From Candidatus Limnocylindrales bacterium (GTDB lineage Bacteria; Moduliflexota; Moduliflexia; Moduliflexales; JAUQPW01), in the NCBI GenBank assembly GCA_035559535.1, contig DATMBG010000034.1:1-64000 (forward strand): 64,000 bases of DNA, written 5' to 3'. Position numbers and translations under genes: made by a program. Position 1 is the first letter of the stretch. Each line of letters opens with the position of its first letter. Positions 59,282-64,000 of the stretch are shown here, one piece after another. The notes below the pieces were generated by a model. The model was not told the DNA's origin. It saw only the letters and a program-made list of their open reading frames with translations, and did no database searches.

Positions 59282-59400
59282 AAAACCATAGCCCTGCTAC
59301 ATCTTTGCGAACTTTACGCCTTTCAGGGATTCCGGGGTTAAAATTAAGCCGCCCGGGACGCTAAGCAGGCGCAAAGCCCGCAGGATAAAGAGAAAGAACC

Positions 59401-60549
59401 ATGAAAATCACCGATGTCCAAACATTCCTGACAGGTACCCGGTGGCGGAATTTTCTTTTTGTGAAAATCTCTACCGATGAGGGAATCACCGGTGTGGGGG
59501 AGGCCACTCTGGAAGGGAAAGAGAAAGCAGTAGAAGCAGCCATTCACCAGTTGAAGCGGCGGAACGTTGTGGGGGCAAATCCTTTCAACATTGAAGAGAT
59601 ATGGATGCGTATGTATCGTAACGAGTTCTGGCACGGGGGACCGGTTCTCCTTACGGCCATGAGCGGGATCGAAATAGCCTGCTGGGATATTGTGGGAAAG
59701 GCCTTAGGACAACCTGTTTACAATCTCCTCGGAGGCCGCTGCCGGGACAAAATCCTCACCTACGCCAACGGCTGGTACGGCGGGGAACGAACTCCAGAAA
59801 ACTTTGCCCGACGGGCTAAACGGGTGATTGAAAAAGGGTATAAGGCCCTTAAATTTGATCCGTTTGGCTCCGCAGGCCGGGAAATGAGTCGACAGGAAAA
59901 AGTTAAGTCCATCGATATTGTTGCAGCGGTTCGGGATGCCGTAGGTCCGGATATAGAAATTTTCATAGAGGTCCACGGAAGATTCAGCCCCATGACCGCC
60001 ATCGAAATCGCTAAGGAACTGGAACCTTATCGACCCGGCTGGTACGAGGAACCGGTTCCACCCGACAACCATGACGCCATGGCTCTGGTGGCCCATAAAA
60101 TCAATATCCCCGTCGCAACCGGTGAACGCCTCTATACCCGATATGGATTCCGAAGACTCTTTGAACTCCAGGCCGCCAGCATCATCCAACCCGATATCCT
60201 TCACACCGGAGGAATTCTGGAAACCAAAAAGATCGCCGCCATGGCCGATACTTATTATATGACCGTCGCTCCCCACAATCCCAACGGGCCCATCTCTACG
60301 GCAGTGGCCGTTCAGATAGATGCCTGCCTGACCAATTTTTATATTCAGGAGTGCCTGGATGATTTTGATGTCCCCTGGAAAAGTCAACTGGTTAAAGGAG
60401 CTCTGGAAATCAAGGATGGTTATATCACCATTCCCGACAGGCCCGGCATCGGTGTCGAACTCAATGAAGAAGTTATCCAGGAACATCCCTACCTGGAAGA
60501 TGCCTTCTTCAATATGTGGGGTGAGGGATGGGAAAAGGATTTTGCTTAA
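59401..60549 (+). CDS. Mandelate racemase/galactonate dehydratase-like enolase-superfamily enzyme
   Basis: TDEGITGVGE, KALKFD, EVHGR, EEP, TGER, QPD and APHN motifs. Confidence 0.92.
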   Translation: MKITDVQTFLTGTRWRNFLFVKISTDEGITGVGEATLEGKEKAVEAAIHQLKRRNVVGANPFNIEEIWMRMYRNEFWHGGPVLLTAMSGIEIACWDIVGKALGQPVYNLLGGRCRDKILTYANGWYGGERTPENFARRAKRVIEKGYKALKFDPFGSAGREMSRQEKVKSIDIVAAVRDAVGPDIEIFIEVHGRFSPMTAIEIAKELEPYRPGWYEEPVPPDNHDAMALVAHKINIPVATGERLYTRYGFRRLFELQAASIIQPDILHTGGILETKKIAAMADTYYMTVAPHNPNGPISTAVAVQIDACLTNFYIQECLDDFDVPWKSQLVKGALEIKDGYITIPDRPGIGVELNEEVIQEHPYLEDAFFNMWGEGWEKDFA

Positions 60550-60604
60550 TCTCATTGTTTATCTTTCCCGATAGCGCGAACCCTCGCGCTACCGGCCTGA
60601 ATCC

Positions 60605-62248
60605 ATGGTGAAAGGTAACCTCAAGGGGGGAGTGTCCCTTGTAACCAAGATGGGATTGCTCCCCATCCTTTTCTATTTGATCTTTTTCTGGATCCTTAAC
60701 GACCCCCTTATCGGATTATTCTCTACCCATTTGTTTGCAGATCAAGGGGACGGATTACAGAATCTCTGGAATCTGTGGTGGGTCCATAAGGCCGTCACCC
60801 AGCTTCATCAATCCCCCTGGCATACAATTTATCTCCGCTATCCGTCCGATATGACCCTCCTGGGACATACCTTGAATCCCTTCAACGGTTTCATGGCGTC
60901 AGGATTGCTAAAATTTTTGACGCTGACGGAAGCTTACAATTGTATCGTTATTTTTTCCTTCGTTATGGGCGGACTGACCGCTTTTTTACTAGCCTATTAT
61001 TTCACCCGGTCTTACGGCGGTAGCCTCCTGGCAGGCTATATATTTACCTTCTCCAATTATCACTTTGCCCATGCCCAGGGACACCTGAACCTGGAATCTC
61101 TGGAATGGATCCCTCTCTTTGTACTCTGCTGGTACCGATGGGTTACCAAACCCGGCGTGGCGATGGCCCTGACCTCTGCCTTTGTACTCTTTGCGGTTAT
61201 TCTGTGCGATTATTATTACTTTTTTTATTCGGTTTTGATCGGCTTTTTGATTTTGATCTGGTATGCCTTCCAAAAGGATCTCTTTTTCTTTCTCAGAAGG
61301 GCGTATTTAACTTCTCTGATAATCTTCCTTACGGCTACCCTCCTGACTACAGGACCTCTGGTTATTTCCTTGCTGCTCGTAAACAGGAAAGATCCCTTTA
61401 TAGGTGCCCACCAACCCCAGGAATATTCCCTGGACCTGCTGGCCCCTTTCATCCCCGGAGGTCATTGGCGCTTTGCCCATTTAACCCGGTTTTATTGGTC
61501 CAAATTACCCGGTAATATCGATGAAAGTAGCGTTCATATCGGTGTTTCCGTTTTCTGCCTTCTGATGTTGGTATGGATCCGGAGGCATAAAGTTCCACTC
61601 CGGGATTTAGGACTCTGGTACCTTATCCTCGTTTTCTTTACCGTCCTGAGTCTGGGACCCGTCTTGCAGGTAGGGGGAAAGGGGATCCCCTTCATAAAAT
61701 TGCCCTATGCCCTGCTGGAAGTGGTATTCCCTCCGATAAAACTTTCCGGTGCTCCCGTACGGATGATGGTTATCCCCATACTCAGCGCGGCAGTTATCTG
61801 CGCTGCAGGATTTAAATCCCTTTTCCATGGATTTATCGGAAAGCGAGGGTGGACAGGATTCTTCTTGATCCTGCTTTTCCTGGAATATCTACCGAAACCC
61901 ATTCCGGCCTCTAAACTCAATGCACCGGACTACGTGAAGGTTTTGAAGGACTTACCGGATACCGGGGGGATCATCGATACCACCGCCCGACCTACTCTGG
62001 CACTTTACTATCAAACCATTCACGAAAAACCTATGGCCTTTGGCTATGCTTCTCGAATTCCTACCAGTGTCAACAACAAAGATCAAAAGCTATTACAAAT
62101 TCTTAACGATCAGCGATACCCTTTACTTTATTGTGACTATTATATTAAATACTTGATTACGGACACCCTTACCAACGTCCCGGAAGGTCGTTTGCTTTAT
62201 CAGGACGCAAAGGTAAAGTTGTACGATCTGGAAAATCAATGCCCATAG
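60605..62248 (+). CDS. Polytopic membrane protein, GT-C/YfhO-like
   Basis: D..QN.WN.WW luminal loop, AG.IF.FS.YH, LSLGP, P.R and GY.SR motifs; many TMs. Confidence 0.7.
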   Translation: MVKGNLKGGVSLVTKMGLLPILFYLIFFWILNDPLIGLFSTHLFADQGDGLQNLWNLWWVHKAVTQLHQSPWHTIYLRYPSDMTLLGHTLNPFNGFMASGLLKFLTLTEAYNCIVIFSFVMGGLTAFLLAYYFTRSYGGSLLAGYIFTFSNYHFAHAQGHLNLESLEWIPLFVLCWYRWVTKPGVAMALTSAFVLFAVILCDYYYFFYSVLIGFLILIWYAFQKDLFFFLRRAYLTSLIIFLTATLLTTGPLVISLLLVNRKDPFIGAHQPQEYSLDLLAPFIPGGHWRFAHLTRFYWSKLPGNIDESSVHIGVSVFCLLMLVWIRRHKVPLRDLGLWYLILVFFTVLSLGPVLQVGGKGIPFIKLPYALLEVVFPPIKLSGAPVRMMVIPILSAAVICAAGFKSLFHGFIGKRGWTGFFLILLFLEYLPKPIPASKLNAPDYVKVLKDLPDTGGIIDTTARPTLALYYQTIHEKPMAFGYASRIPTSVNNKDQKLLQILNDQRYPLLYCDYYIKYLITDTLTNVPEGRLLYQDAKVKLYDLENQCP

Positions 62249-62305
62249 GTCCCTTAAATAATCGAAAAGATAAGCTAACAGAAACAGAATGAGAGGTCGA
62301 CGCTT

Positions 62306-63337
62306 ATGAGTCACACTCAAAGAGAATCTTTAAAAGTTCTTTTACTTGGGAACATGGCGGTTACTGCCCTGGAGGGTCTCCAGGCAAGGGTTCAAGTACC
62401 TTGTGAATTTATTCCTGTTCCGGGAAAACTGGAGGATCCGAAAGCTCTCTCTTTGATAGAAGAAGCCGACGTGCTGGTGGCGCCCGGTTTTACAAAGAAA
62501 ATGGGGGCAGTTGCAAAGAAACTCCGACTGGTTCAGGCTCCTTTCGCCGGTTTAGAGGCCTTTGACTTAGAGGCGCTTCCTCCAGGTGTTGTTCTGGCCA
62601 ATGTCTATAACCATGAAGTCAGTATTGCGGAATTTGTCCTGATGGCTATGTTGGTTTTGAGTAAACAACTCAAAAAATACGATGCGGATCTAAGACGGGG
62701 TTTCTGGGGTCATAAGCCGTTTTTTGCCGAGCCTTTGGTAGGAGAGTTGCAAAACAAGATTTTAGGTCTTATCGGCTTCGGCCACATTGGTCGGGAGATT
62801 GCCGTGAGGGCGCGGGCTTTTTCCATGAAGATTTGGGCCATCCGAAAACACGGTAAGGAAGGAATTCAGGATTCCAAAGCTCCCCAGATAGATTTCCTTG
62901 GAGGGAAAGAAGATTTACCTCAACTCCTGAGCCAGGCCGATTTTATCGTTCTCTGCTGCCCTCTTACCGAAGAAACCCGGGGTCTCATCGGAACCAGGGA
63001 ATTTAACAGGATGAAACCTACCGCCTATTTAATCAACATTGCCCGGGCCGAAATTGTGAATGAAGAGGCTCTTTATCAGGCTTTATGGGAAAAGAAGATT
63101 GCAGGGGCAGCTCTCGATGTGTGGTACCGGTATCCTCGGGGGTATCCTTCCACTTCCGACGAGCAGTGCTTTCCCTCTCGATTCCCCTTTCAGGATCTGG
63201 ATAACGTGATTATGACCCCGCATATTTCTGGAAGAGCAGAAAGTACCCTTCAAGGTCGTTTACGGGATATAGCAGATAATATAAGTCGGGTATACCACGG
63301 ACAGCCGTTGAAGAACGTGGTGTATGTGGGAAAATAA
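62306..63337 (+). CDS. D-2-hydroxyacid dehydrogenase
   Basis: GFGHIG, PLT.ET, INIAR, AALDVW and TPH motifs. Confidence 0.92.
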   Translation: MSHTQRESLKVLLLGNMAVTALEGLQARVQVPCEFIPVPGKLEDPKALSLIEEADVLVAPGFTKKMGAVAKKLRLVQAPFAGLEAFDLEALPPGVVLANVYNHEVSIAEFVLMAMLVLSKQLKKYDADLRRGFWGHKPFFAEPLVGELQNKILGLIGFGHIGREIAVRARAFSMKIWAIRKHGKEGIQDSKAPQIDFLGGKEDLPQLLSQADFIVLCCPLTEETRGLIGTREFNRMKPTAYLINIARAEIVNEEALYQALWEKKIAGAALDVWYRYPRGYPSTSDEQCFPSRFPFQDLDNVIMTPHISGRAESTLQGRLRDIADNISRVYHGQPLKNVVYVGK

Positions 63338-63439
63338 AACAAAAGAAAGAACGGAGATACAGGATTTACCATATCTCGTAAAGACGCTCTGCAGGGCGTC
63401 CTATCTACCGTTCTTTCTTTTTAAACTCCCGGGGTCAAT

Positions 63440-64000
63440 CTAAGCTCTGGACTGAAGCAGTTGGTTCAAGGGAGGTTTAATGTTGGCCTTTTTCTTGAGT
63501 TCTTCTATAAACTCCCGATAGGCCGTACTCTGCTTCTGTTGAAGAAGGCTCCTTCGAAGGTTTTCCTTCTCCTCCTGGAATTTCTTTTCATCGATTCCGG
63601 GCTTTTCTACGACCTTTAAAAGGACGAAACCTCCGGGTGTTTTAATGGGATCACTGACCTGATTTACCTCTAAAGAAAAGGCCGTATGAATGATCTCTTC
63701 TGATTTTTCGGCCATATCATTCAGAAACCATCGTCGGTTGAAGGGTTCCGGTTTAACCGGGGTTAATTGATACTTTTCCAATAAAGATTCCCAGGAAGCC
63801 CCGGCTTTAAGTTCTGCCAGGAACTCGTTGGCTTTTTTCTCGGCCAACTCTGTGGCCTTATTGTCTATAATCTTCTCTTTAACCTGTTCTCTGGCTTCTT
63901 CCAGGGAGGGGATGTAGGAGTCTTTTTTCTCCACAAGCTGCAGGATATAAAATCCGGCACCCGGCACTTCTACCACCTGGCTGATTTCTCCAGGAGAAAG
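63440..64000 (-). CDS. C-terminal part of a PpiD/SurA-type peptidylprolyl isomerase (partial)
   Basis: Rotamase-like segments AF.L....VS.PI.T..G and a terminal L.KKANI; runs off the window end. Confidence 0.7.
   Translation of the reverse strand, partial: LSPGEISQVVEVPGAGFYILQLVEKKDSYIPSLEEAREQVKEKIIDNKATELAEKKANEFLAELKAGASWESLLEKYQLTPVKPEPFNRRWFLNDMAEKSEEIIHTAFSLEVNQVSDPIKTPGGFVLLKVVEKPGIDEKKFQEEKENLRRSLLQQKQSTAYREFIEELKKKANIKPPLNQLLQSRA

Noticed and set aside
59345-59390. GGGACGCTAAGC...GCGCAAAGCC as a c-di-GMP riboswitch
   Set aside because: No GNRA-capped P2 or full fold; resembles the genome's CGCAAAG-type short repeats
59704-60555. 283-aa minus-strand ORF
   Set aside because: Antisense shadow of the enolase-superfamily gene

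Overview
Bacterial chromosomal window with a mostly housekeeping backbone and one large accessory island. (1) 0.2-11 kb: an archaeal-like pterin cofactor cluster (citG-like, RFAP synthase mptG, DUF447, COG1665-like nucleotidyltransferase, DUF1464, DUF6513/DHPS-like, mfnB) interleaved with canonical folP/folK/folB. No C1-transfer enzymes are present in the window. (2) 18-24 kb: an arginine operon (DUF1611-like, argC, argD, argF', argB, C26 hydrolase). Its transcarbamylase carries N-succinylornithine-type residues and argA/argJ/argE are absent, so the DUF1611-like gene is a candidate new glutamate N-acyltransferase. (3) 24-42 kb: a metal-type two-component module, tkt, a secreted tandem isochorismatase, a His-less HupE/UreJ, priA, ssb, alkB, hisN and an orphan 37/35/37-bp CRISPR-sized repeat. 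(4) about 42.9-57.1 kb: a decaying chromosomal integron with a pseudogenised intI, attI, two intact attC sites, TA and NmrA cassettes and many degraded cassettes. It also holds a second diverged copy of the ~380-bp promoter-leader-attI segment and a ~6.6-kb PqqD/kinase/glycosyltransferase operon that starts right behind an attC-like core site. (5) 57.5-64 kb: a CHAT protease, an enolase-family dehydratase, a GT-C-like membrane protein, a 2-hydroxyacid dehydrogenase and a partial PpiD. Intergenic regions are rich in short tandem/inverted repeats and MITE-like elements. All family calls come from motif recognition by eye; no database searches were run.
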